Below, one piece after another: positions 1 to 11,446 of a stretch of DNA of 64,000 bases. The stretch is from Mobula hypostoma (taxonomy: Eukaryota), in the NCBI RefSeq assembly GCF_963921235.1, contig NC_086097.1, positions 92,320,001 to 92,384,000 on the forward strand, read 5' to 3'. Made by a program: the position numbers and the translations under genes. Position 1 is the stretch's first letter. Every line of letters begins with the position of its first letter. The notes under the pieces are model-generated. The model was not told where the DNA came from. It searched no databases and worked only from the letters and a program-made list of their open reading frames with translations.

Positions 1-1598
1 GGCAGGCTGACCTGTCAATCTCAAGGCTGGGAACACGATTCCCCCGGCGAGGTCATTACCGAGCAAGACTTCCACGCCTTTCATCGGTAATTTGGGCCTC
101 ACCCCGATCGTGACTAGTCCAGAGACCAGGTTGCTTTGTAAGCGTATCTGGTGCAAAGGGACTGCCTCTGTCCCTTCCCCAATACCTTTGACCTTGACCT
201 CCCCAGTCTGGGTCTCTGAGCTAAACTCTAATACACTCTTCAGTATCAGTGACTGACACGCTCCCGTGTCTCTCCAGATCTGCACTGGAACTGGTTTTAA
301 CCCCTCCTTCACTGACACCAATCCGGCCAAGATAAACCTCTCGCGCCCTTCCTGAACTTTGGCAGACCTTTCCTCTCCTAGCGGTTCGTTTACCAGCTCG
401 ATACAGCCAGTCAAAATCGCCGTTTTTCCTTTTCCCGTCTCCTTCTTTGGGGCAAAGCACCTGGACGCAAAGTGTCCGACTTTCCCGCAATTATAATAGA
501 CGACCCCAGGAGACTTCCTACCAGACTGCTCCCGGCCTACCTTATCCTTCTCACTAGTCCCCGGCTTACTTTCTGACTTTTCTGGCAGACTCTCCCCACC
601 ATCCTGACTACCCTTCTGGTAGCCTTTACTTGGGGCAAACTTCATTTTATGCGTCAACGCATACTCATCCGCTAACTTAGCAGTTGCGGCTAACGTGGCT
701 GCCTCTTTCTCATCTAGGTAGGGTCTCATACCCTCAGGGACACAACCTTTAAACTGCTCAATCAGGATCAGCTGTAGCAGTCTGTCATAATCCCCCTCTA
801 CCCCCTTCGAGGCGCACCAACGCTCACAATATGTCTGCATCTCACGGGCAAACTCTAAATACGTGCGGTCCCACTGCTTCCTCGCATTCCGGAACCAACT
901 CATAAATCCTGAGGATGGCCTCCTTCACCACCTCATACCTCTGGGCATCTTCCACGGACAAAGCTGAGTAAGTTTGTTGGGCTTTCCCTTTCAGTACACT
1001 CTGAAGCAAAACATCCCACTTATCCCTCGGCCAGTCCTGACTTGTAGCAACTTTTTCGAAATGGAGAAAGTACCGATCCACGTCGGTATCGTCAAATGGG
1101 GGAACCAGCCTAACCTCCTGGGTCGCCCGGAACCCTCCACCTTGGTTCGGCACGGGCCCCTGCTCTGCCCTCATCTTTAACTTCTCCAGCTCAAATTCCC
1201 TTTCCCTCTGTTTCTCCTCTCGCTCCAACTGTCTCTCTCTCTCTCTCCTGCCTTTCTAACTCTCTCTCCTTCTCTTCTTGCTCCAACTGTCTATCCCTCT
1301 CTTTCTCTTCTCGCTCCAACTGCCGTACCCGGAACTTGTGCTCGAGTCTCAGTTTTTCAAGCTGCACCTGTACCGCGTCTCCAGCAGGTTTTTCAATAGA
1401 CACCACCTCCAGCTCGCCTTGGGGAAACACACCTTTAGATACATAGTGCTCTACGATAGCTCTGTGTATCTCCTCTCTCCTCATTGTCGACTTCCCCTTA
1501 GCAAGATTCAACCGTTTGGCCACAGCTACCAATTCCGATTTCCTGGCATCCTCTAATGCCTCCAAGGTCGGCACCTTTATAATTTCCTCAGCCTCCAT
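1..1598 (-). pseudogene. gag-(pro) of the LTR element, frameshifted
   Basis: ORFs 1191..1598 and 842..1228 are consecutive gag pieces in different frames, including an E/R-rich coiled coil. Confidence 0.85.
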
Positions 1599-1674
1599 TT
1601 CTGCTGTTTGTCTTTTCTTTCTTTCAGGAATTTTGACCCAATCAATTTACTCCGTCCCAAATTTAGCGTTTAAA

Positions 1675-1693
1675 ATCGCGGACGAGAACCCCA
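1675..1693 (-). promoter_or_regulatory. Primer-binding site, tRNA-Pro-like
   Basis: TGGGGTTCTCGTCCGCGAT lies 4 nt after the LTR end and is close to the canonical tRNA-Pro PBS TGGGGGCTCGTCCGGGAT. Confidence 0.75.
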
Positions 1694-1697
1694 CTTA

Positions 1698-2560
1698 TGT
1701 TACGTACCCCGTAACTGGGTTGCCAAACCAGCAGAAATGGATCACTCAGTTGGAGTCTGGATTACTAGAACTAAGAAAGTTTTATTAAAGAAACAAGCAA
1801 CACAGTACTCTAATCAAAAGGATAATGAATGCAACAGTTCAGCAATGATAAACATACATGTACACAGAATTAAGATAACAGGATCAATCAAGCTCTATCG
1901 TTGTCTAGGGGTAAATGACCAGTTTCAAAGTGACGCACGGTTCAGTTCAGTTCGCAGTAATCGCTGCCATGGCGATGGACAGTGGGGGGAAGGAGAGAGA
2001 GAGCAAAACGAATGAATATTCAAAACGGCTTCCACACACAGACCTTCGCAGTCAGCTTTCGGGCGAGTCCTTTGTGATGTCATCTGAGGTCACTGACCAT
2101 GACCCCTCCGTTTCCAGATACGATCGTTTCTCTGTGGTGAACCCGGCACCCAGGCAAGGGTGGACACACACCAGGTTCCCGCCGATCGTGCCTTTCCACC
2201 CTGTGCGTCTATGGCCTGGGCCCGCAACCGGCCTTCCAAAACTTCCCACTGACTTGTGGGAGACGCACCGCTTCCAGGGTCTCGTTACCTCGGGTGTCGT
2301 ATGTGTTGCCTTAGCGAACCTGTCCCTTTTTATCCCCCTGCTGGGGTATCGCCTGTCCATCACTTCAAACAGTTCGGGGTTCAAAGGGGGAGCCGATCTT
2401 GACAGCTCTCCTTCCCCTTCATTAACATCTCCAAATGCTGTTCCATTGTTAACCTTATCTCTCTCTCTCTTTCCTGAAGACAGGTGGCAGACCAACTGCT
2501 GATCCCACTGGTGCCAGCACAGGCCAGCTAACATCTTAATCTATGTGTATTCTTGTCACA
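1698..2560 (-). repeat. 5' LTR (~863 bp)
   Basis: On the minus strand it starts TGTGACA and ends GTAACA. AATAAA lies near 1781-1786 (minus), and the PBS is directly adjacent. Confidence 0.8.
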
Positions 2561-3660
2561 CTGTCTCCTCAGAATGCTTCTCTGGGGTCCGAATGGATAT
2601 TGATTAGACGTCGTGATCTGGTTGGCTGGTTCAAAACACTGAGCAGTTCAGCAGTAAAAGATTCTGATTGGCTAGCTTCGAGGGAGGGCTGTTGGACATG
2701 TCTGCTTCGCTGACCAGATCCCAAGATTACTGGCGGTTCTAGATTGTTGACGTCGTTGTTTCCTCTTTCCTCTGTCAGGGTTCATAGACCAGATATATGC
2801 TGATGTGTTTATTGATGGATCCTTCTGTAGAGGACCACGCTTAGAGAAATTCTCGTTCTTGCTTGAGTCAAGACGCTGGATGTCGTCCATTTGAAATGGT
2901 GTCCTTCTTCATCTTCATGAGCTAATACTAGCGAGAGTGGGCCGTACCTTCTGCTCGTTAGCTGATGTTCGGGTAGCCTGGTCGATAGTTCTCTTCCTGT
3001 CTGACCAAGGTAGTACTTGTCGCAGTCACTACACTGGATTTTGTAGGTAACATTTGTTCTATCAGTCACATTTTGTTGAGCTTTGAGCTTGCATCAGTTT
3101 GCGAGCAATTGATGTGTTGCTGAAACAGTCTTGCTGTCATTTCCAAAACTTTCATTATCAACGGCAATACAATTTGTTTATTCATCATTCGTGTAGTTTG
3201 TATATTCAGGTGTCTGACCTTGAGGTACCTTTAGATGAGGCTTCTTGGAAATCTGTTCTGTTGAAACGTCTTGAAGAGGTCTTTTTCTTCATCAAGCTTT
3301 GTGTCTGTGTTGTAATGGGGCCCAACCCTCTTGAATAAGATCTTCACACAGCTTTTTTGTGTCACTTTGTGTGATTGCTATCGTGTGAAGTTCAGAATTT
3401 GATCGGAGCATGTCGTTTTCCTGTAGACGACGTCTGTAATTGACCAGCAGTAGTTCTCTTGATAAGAACATCCAAGAATGCGAGCTGGCTTTCCTTTTCA
3501 ATTTCCATCTACATCTCTGCTATACATACAAACTCAAAGGGATAAAGGTAACGAAGGCGTAGAGCTTGAAGAGTGTGTCGAGAATGGTTTCAGGATAGAA
3601 CTGTACATCTTGGTGCCAACCAGACAGCTGGCACCAGACTGGACAAACTTACTCCAATCT
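2561..3660 (-). mobile_element. Decayed Penelope-like element (RT C-terminus plus GIY-YIG endonuclease)
   Basis: ORF 2809..3069 has NVTYKIQCSDCDKYYLGQTGRELSTRLPEH (GIY-YIG with CxxC). ORF 3292..3501 resembles an RT thumb. Confidence 0.8.
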
Positions 3661-3719
3661 ACACAATTTAATTTCACATTCATGGGTCCAAAGTTAAGAT
3701 TTTATACTTGAATTGGGGA

Positions 3720-6700
3720 AATCTGAGGACATGAAGCAGTGAGCTGGCAAATTCTATTAAAGATTGGTCAATTGAAATGCAGTGGTAAATACTTAGAGGA
3801 TCCTTCTAAATGTTCAGGATAAAAATACTCCAATACAAAGACTCCAAGGGTAGGAATCATCACTGACGGCTAATTTATGGAGGTAAAGACAGCAAAAAAT
3901 GGCAGGAAAGACAGCTGGGCAGAATATGAAGCAAAGAATAATTAAAAGGAAGGGGTGGGGGGTGGGGGAGAAAAGAGACATCAAAGCACAAGACCAAGCT
4001 AATTAGAAATACGAAAAGTGGTAATAGTCAATCTAAGAATTGCTATGGATATTTAAAAGAGCATAAGAGAGATTTGGTCCTATTGAAAATGAGTCTGGGA
4101 AATTAATATTAAAAAATATTTATTTCAAGCGATACCGATTTTTATTCCTAAATCTTTTTTTGATATTATTGACTCTAAAATTTCTTCTTATATATGGCAA
4201 AATAGAAATCCCAGATTAAATAAAAGATACTTACAGAAATCTAAGAAAGAAGGTGGTTTGGCATTGCCTGTCCTAAGATTTTACTGCTGGGCAATTAATA
4301 TCCGATACTTAATATTTTGGACACAAGATTGGAATATAACTCCAAGCCCACATTGGGTAAACCTTGAAGGCTATTCTGTACAAGGGTTTTCTTTAGCCTC
4401 CATTTTAGGAACTTCATTGCCTTTTGCACTATCTAAATTGAACAAACAAATCTTCAACCCTATAGTTAAACATACATTGCGAATATGGTTTCAATTTCGT
4501 AAATATTTTGGCCTGAATAAATTTATGTTATCAAGTCCTATTATGTCTAATTTTTTTTTCCAACCTTCGGTAATAGACCAAGCCTTTTTGATATGGAAAA
4601 CGAAAGGCATAATATGTTTTCGCGATTTATTTTTGGATAACTGCTTTATGTCTTTTGAGCAGTTATCTGAGAAATTTGATTTGCCTAGATCCCACTTTTT
4701 TAGATACTTACAAATAAGAAATTTTTAAAATATTACGTTGCCTACCTTTCCGACTTCCAATCCTTCTGGCACTCTTGATAAAATTTTAGGCTTTAATCCT
4801 TTGCAGAAGGGATTAATAGCAATAATTTATGATATAATTATGAAATTACAGCCAGATATATCTGATAAGATTAAAAATGAATGGGAAAGGGAACTTCAAC
4901 TTTCCCTACCTACAGAGAAATGGGAAAAAATTTTTCAATTAGTTAGTACTTCTTCTATATGTGCTAAACATACTTTAATACAATTTAAAGTAGTACACAG
5001 AGCTCATATGTCCAAAGATAAACTAGTTCATTTTTATTCCCATATAAACCCTACTTGTGATAGATGTCACTCTGAAGTGGCTTCTTTAACTCATATGATT
5101 TGGTCCTGTCCACTTTTGGAAAAATATTGGAAAGACATTTTTGCTATTATTTCAACAGTTCTATGCTTTGATTTACAACCCCATCCTATTACGGCAATTT
5201 TTGGATTGCCAATGGTAGATCATAGATCTTTGTCTTCTTCAGCCTGTCGAATGATAGCTTTTGTTACTTTAATGGCGAGAAGATCTATTTTGTTGAACTG
5301 GGAGGAAACTAATCCTCCAACTACATTCCAATGGTTTTCTCAAACCGTATTAAGTTTAAACTTGGAAAAAATTAGAAGTGATATTTTTGACCCTTCAGTT
5401 AAATTTGAAGAAACTTGGAAACCTTTTATACAACATTTTCATATGATGTAATCTGACCTTTCTGAATCTTTTTTCTAAACTTAAATTATATGAGGAGAGG
5501 AGCGGAGTTAATGACATTGTTGAACATGTTCGATATAAGCTGTTGGTCTAGCCCTGTTTTGTTTCTTTTTCTTGGGATTTTTTTTTCTTTTTTTTTCTTT
5601 TGGGGCTTTTTTTGTTCATATATATTTTTTTCTTTTTATTTCTTTTTTAATGTTTAATCTCATTATGAGTTTGGAAGTCTTTTATATCTGTGTTACTTAA
5701 AATTCATTTTATATATGTTGATGAACATTTTTCCAATTTCTGCATACCAACTTTGTTATTGAGTTTGTAATTTTGAAAAATTAATAAAAAGATTTAAAAA
5801 GAAAAGAAAGAAAAAATAAGGTAAATGAATTCAACAGGCATCTTGCATCAGTCTTTACTGATATAAGCAACATCCCGGAATATAGCTGTAGATGGTCGGA
5901 AGAGATTGCTGACTTACAAGTCCCAGGTGGGAAAGGTTCCACTAGTTTGGAAAATAGCACATGTAATTCCTTTGCTCAAAAAGAGAGAGAAGCAGAAAGC
6001 AGGAAAATACAGGCTAGTTACTTTAACATTTGTCATCAGCAAAAACATTAGAAGCTTTTATTAAAAATGTTACAGCAGGGCACTTGGGAAACTTCATGGA
6101 ATCAGGCAAAGTCAACATGGTTTATGAAACAGAAATAATGTTTGACCAAGTTGCTTGTTATTTGAAGAAGCAATCTGTGCTGTGGAAAAATGAGAACTGC
6201 TGGACGTATTAGACAGATTTCCAGGTGTTTGATAAATTGCCGTATTAAAGGTAATGATGAAAAATAAAAGCTCAGAGTGTAGAAGGTTGGACAGAGGATT
6301 GGTTGGTTAATAGGAAACAGTGCTAGCATGATGGCATCTTTATCTAGTTTCCAAAACCTGACACGTGATGTGACACAAATGACTTGGATGAGGACTGAAG
6401 GTATGGTTGATAAATTTGCTGTTAGCACAATAATGGTTACAGAACAAGCAAGTTGTGACAAGGACATAAAGAAGCCACAAGGGCTATAGACAGGTTAAAT
6501 GAATGGGCAAAAATGGAGTCTGTTTTACCAGGAAACATAGAAAGATTAACTAGGAGGTGAGAGATTGAAGAATTGAGATGTTAAAGAATCTGTGTGTCCT
6601 AGTGCAAGATTCGCTGACAGCTGGTGTGCGGGTATAGGATGAAATCGGAAAGCTAACAGAATATTATTGTTATCGCTTCAGGAAATCGAATGCAAAAGTA

Positions 6701-7200
6701 AAGAGGCTAAGCTTCATTTATAAGGTGCATTGGTGAGATTACATCCAGTGCAAAATATTGGTCTCCTTTAAGGAAGGGTGTTCATGCTGCTCAGAGAATA
6801 TTTTTGATGCTGATAGCTGGAATGGGAAGGTTTCCTGGAATCTGGAATGGAGGAATGGTAGTATAGGATAGATACTGGAGTTTAAATGAATGAGAAGAAA
6901 CAAATGAAACAAGGTGGCTATGTAGAGGATTTTTCTTCTTGTACGGGTAAATCTAGAACCAGGGACCACTGCCTAATCAAAGGGATCAAGTGTTTATGTC
7001 ATCTTCCTTTATGTTTTCCCTCGGAAGGCGGTTTATGTTTGGAACACACTTACTCAAAAGATTGTTTAAGTCGCAGGCAGATAGATGACTGACACACTAG
7101 GGAAAAGAAATGTTGCGAGCCATAAACATAATGCAACTTGGAGGTTACAATGAGATCAGCCATTTTATCAAATGGCTCAAAGGACAAAGTGGTCTACTCA
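3720..7200 (+). mobile_element. Old CR1 LINE ORF2 remnant, split by an L1 insertion
   Basis: CR1-like peptide traces continue across the L1 (GPIENESGKLI...NEFNRHLASVFT), followed by KFA-like and 3' end remnants. Confidence 0.65.
4119..5810 (+). mobile_element. 5'-truncated L1-clade LINE (ORF2 C-terminus, 3' UTR, A-rich tail)
   Basis: ORFs 4258..4728 and 4738..5451 contain GGLALP and the CCHC motif CDRCHSEVASLTHMIWSC. AATAAA and an A-rich tail follow. TSD AAAAAATA at 4111-4118 and 5811-5818, at a TT/AAAA site. Confidence 0.9.
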
Positions 7201-8069
7201 TGTCGAAGGTCAAGATCTTTGGAAAATTGCTACCAAGGCCACCAGAAAAAAGTATTTTAAACTATTCTGTTTTGAAATAGTGTTGAGTATATTGAACAAC
7301 AATCCAAGAGGCAGCTGATACAGTTTTGGTTCGCTATTTCATGCAAACGACAGAGGGCTGCAGATTGAACTAAGGGTTAGGAACACAATCCTCTGTGTGG
7401 GATTTGAAGCTTCAGGCTTCCCTAATATAGAATTTCCTTACATTGGGCCAGTGCTGGCTGATGCCAGAAAACACGAAGAGATTTTTGTAAACCAAAAACA
7501 CTGGAAATATGATACCAAAACAAGGAAATATTGACCTTTGGGACCATTCAAGATGGAGAAATGAAAGTACAGTACTACAACTAAACCAACTGGCGTGCAG
7601 CCAGTAAGGGCTGATTGTTACACAGAATTAAGGATTTTCCCCCGATTGTTGGAGGAGAGAACAACTTCTCAGGGTAGCAGTTGATTGGATTCCACTTAAA
7701 TTTTGGGTTTGATTAATTTAATAAGAGGTTGTTATAGCCCTTTAGGTATTATGATACCCCTGCTGAAAATGAACTAGACAGAATGATACTATATTCCTTC
7801 CTTTGATTCATAGAGCAACACGGAACCAGGCCCTTCAGCCACCATATCCATGCCAACGATCAAGGGCCCATCAAGCACTTGGTCCACAGTCATCCATGGC
7901 TTGATGATTCAAGAACACATCCTGATAGTTTTACAAAAGGTTGCATTCAAGATCATAGCCATGCTTCAGGTGAAAATATTTAATTCTCACTTAAACCCAT
8001 GCCCTCTGGCTTTCAATGTGTCTCATTAGCAGGTCTCAAGTTCAAACTTACTATCAAATGTCATGCATA

Positions 8070-8601
8070 GACTCAGGGTCACTTTATTAGATAAGCCTGT
8101 GTACCTGGTTGTTAATGTAAATATCTAATCAGTCTATTGCATGCAGCAACACAAGGCACAAAAGCATGCAGACATTGTCAAGAGGTTCTGTTGTTCAGAC
8201 AAAAGTTTAGAATGGGGAAGAAACGTGATCCAAGTGGCTTTGACTGTGGAATGATTGTTGGTGCCAAACAGGATGGTTTAAGCATCCCAGAAACTACTGA
8301 TCCCCTGTGATTTTCATGCACAATAGCATCTGTAGTTTAAAGAGAATGGTGGAAAAAACAAATAGCGTCCAGTGAGCAGCAATTTTGTGAGCAAAACTGA
8401 CTTGTTATTAAGCGAGGTCGGAGAAGAATGGCCAGACTGTTTCAAGCTGACAGCAAGGCGACAGAAACAATAGTGGTGTGCCGAATATACAAACATATTG
8501 AACCTTGAAGTGGATGGGCTACATCAACAGAAGACTACAAACGTACACAGAGGACACTTTATTAGGTACGGGAGGTATCTAATGAAGTGGTCACAGAATG
8601 T
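8070..8601 (+). mobile_element. Non-autonomous Tc1-like DNA transposon
   Basis: TIR core CACTTTATTAG at ~8080 and inverted at ~8579-8589. Internal transposase HTH trace (GMIVGA). Homologous to 44904-45376. Confidence 0.75.
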
Positions 8602-10409
8602 GCATTGGGTACAAATGCCATGAAATCCATAAACACATCAATTATATTGACTGAACTTGCCTGTTGTGCAATATGATTAAAATCATGTGGTTGCCTGATT
8701 ATTCATAAAGGCAATAAAAATGTTAAGAAATCCTGCAAAACAACATTTCCTATAAACAGATGTTAGAAACTAGAATGAGCTTTTAAAATGAAAATAAGCA
8801 CAACGTTAATGTTTTTAAAAACTTTTAAACTGTTCCTTCCACCCCTTCCCATAATGTTGGTGCCTCCTTCCTCCAGTATCTCCCAGGTAGTATTACTGTT
8901 TCACCAGCCGTGTCCAAGATCACCGACTGGCTCTTTCACCTAGGCTGTTCAAAGTTAAAACCACTCTTACTCCATGTTGCCCATTTTGCCAGTACAGAGG
9001 GGTGACTGGGAGAGGAAGGGGGTTGTCCTGGTAGAAGGAAAACATCCCAGCACAAGGTGCACAGATGGGTCCCTGGGGGCTTGCATGACTTAACCACTCA
9101 CAGTGAAAAGGAACAAAACCACAGACAAAGCATATAAAATGAGGGAAATAAGTTCTGGTGAAAGATGGAGAGGAAGGGGTGAAATCATTTGACAATGAAA
9201 AACTTCTGAAGGAGAAGTTCTTAATGAAAGGGAATTGTCCCATGAGAGAGCCTCTGGTTTCACATTAAGATGCAAACTTGGGGCATTCCAATTCACTAGA
9301 GAACATGCATTTGTCTAAATGAGTGTGGCTCAGTTTGCAGTTTTACTTCACCTTGAGCTACAGCCTCCACTAATGCAGCAATTATTGCAGAACAGAACAA
9401 CACAGCCGGGATTCTGTACTGCAGCAGCATTCCTGCAAATTTGTCTCAGCCTAACTTTTGTACTTGCCCTGGCCATAGCAACACCATTGAACAGTAACAA
9501 CATTAGCACACAAGTCCTGCCAGATAAAAGAAAAAAATCACCTCATGTACAGTCTTTTGAGCCCATTAGCATGTACCCTGACACACTGTACCTGCTATAC
9601 CATACATTAAAAGATTGCCCAAGCATGTTTTAGCAAGAAAAATTGTTATATCAGCATATTTTCTTTCAGGGTTCTCCAAAGCACATTATAACCGAAGTAT
9701 CTTCCAAGATCAAAGTTAATTGCAATGCTGCAAGATGCCGTGGCCAATGTACACATAGTAAGCTCTCATAAAAAACTATCATGTGTTTGATGATCTTGTT
9801 GAGGAACAAATATTGGCAGAATCTAATACTAAAGAAGTACCTTGTTCTTCAAATGCCACTGGACAGTGCATCATAGGGAATGGCTTGGTTAGTATTGCAC
9901 CAGTATCACTGATGCACTGAATTTCTCTCAGTACTGCACTGGACTGTCAGCCTTTTTATTGTGTTGATTGTACAGGATACAAACTTTCCAGAGCTAGAGA
10001 CAAAGTGGCTACCACTGGATATCTGCTAACACACCAGAGGATGTATCACACTGACTGGATGTTTGCAGCCCTATTCACACTAATTAGCACCATTTAGACC
10101 CAAAAGCAGAACCAATATTCTACTGATACTTACAGTAAACTTAGAAAGCAACATCCAGCCCCCAAATAATAAAGCCACTCTGATCTTGCTATCATAAACC
10201 ATTAATAACCTATAGGCAACAGCCAGAGACCATTCCACAAATCCACCAAAAAACTCCAGCCATCGAATCCAACATGAAACCCACTATACTGACTCCAGTG
10301 TTAAAAGAATCCACATTGATGCCACCATGCAGGCTCCAAAGACTGAACAGAGCCTAATGACCATCCTATTCAAATAGTAGTTCAGACTATCTACACCATG
10401 AGAACCTTT

Positions 10410-11276
10410 CACCCAAAAATCTCCAAAATCTGATTTCTTTTCTTCTTCTGAGTGCTGACATGATGCCACAAATGGAAGATTCCACAAGGCGCTAGGAAGT
10501 TTCCCAGACGATATGCAAGTCTCTGTGCACCTCAGACAGTTCTGGGAAGTGACCTCACATATGTAATGAACAGAAGTTAATGAAAATTAGAACACTACAT
10601 GAAGTGAAAAATGACGATTACTGTCACGTACTGAAAGAGTGGATTCAGTGTCAAAGTGAACATACACTGGTTAATGGTACACTGATCATGGAACAAGCAA
10701 AGATCCATCACAATGAATTGAAAAGTGAAGGTAATTGTGAAAATTCAGCCGTCAGCTTGCATAAATTAAAGAAAAGACACAGCATAAAATTTCTGAAGCA
10801 CCTGATCACCAAGCAGCAGAAAATTTAATTGGTTTGCTGAGATCATCACTGATGAAAACCTAACACCAGAACAAGTCTACAATCTGATTGTTTTTATGCC
10901 TTACATAAAACCTTTAAAAAGAGTTGACCGTAATTCTTAAATCAAAGCAAGACATTGTAAGTGAAGATTGAAAACCTGCTATTGTTTGTTGTTCAACAGC
11001 TGATTCAGGTATTCTCTCCCGATGCTGCTCTGCTGGTTTTGTTACCCTGCACATATTATAGTTTCATTATATTAATGGTATGGAATAATCTTTACTGTTA
11101 AGTACCTGTGTGATGAAGTGCAAGACAAAGACTGGTTACTGGTAGCACATAAATTCGGGGTCGGAAATGATGGTCACCCCAAGGTATCTTATTATACATT
11201 CCAAAAGCCAACAAAAATATCTGAAATCTGAAATAATTCTGGCCCCAAGCAATTCAAATAAGGGGTACACAACCTG
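10410..11276 (+). mobile_element. Internally deleted pogo/Tigger DNA transposon (Tigger4/Zombi-like)
   Basis: ORF 10580..10828 is CENP-B-HTH-like (LKEWIQ...LIMEQAK...LHKLKKRHSI). The right end is ...AAGGGGTACACAACCTG followed by TA. Confidence 0.8.
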
Positions 11277-11446
11277 TACAAACCAGCATGCTATCCCCAT
11301 AATAAAACCCACCATAATAATCCCACTATCAAATCAATACTAATTGACCCCCCAATAAACCACACAATAATAACCTCATCAGCTTAAACCTGCCATAAAT
11401 TCCTCAACATGAAGCCCATTATAGAAGTCACTGGAATAACAAAATA

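Larger units (their letters stand above)
1..2560 (-). mobile_element. Gypsy (Gmr1-like, SCAN-containing gag) LTR retrotransposon, 5' part; continues beyond the window start
   Basis: TG...CA LTR at 1698-2560, then a PBS, then a frameshifted gag. Gag motifs: VPPFDDTDVDRYFLHFEKVA, LEQFKGCVPEGMRPYL (SCAN-like) and a decayed Zn knuckle NCGKVGHFASRC. A protease-end-like VEVLLGNDLAG follows. Confidence 0.9.

Noticed and set aside
1915..2534. 195-aa and 160-aa ORFs
   Set aside because: They lie inside the LTR and have no recognisable domain.
7442..7500. Possible 59-nt exon 2 (VFLVYKNLFVFSGISQHWPN)
   Set aside because: The frame is open and splice dinucleotides are present, but it is short, unsupported and easily arises by chance.
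8920..9633. ORFs and a strong minus-strand acceptor near 9517 as exon 2 of the leader gene
   Set aside because: Joining in phase 1 gives a stop after three codons, and the peptides are unrecognisable.
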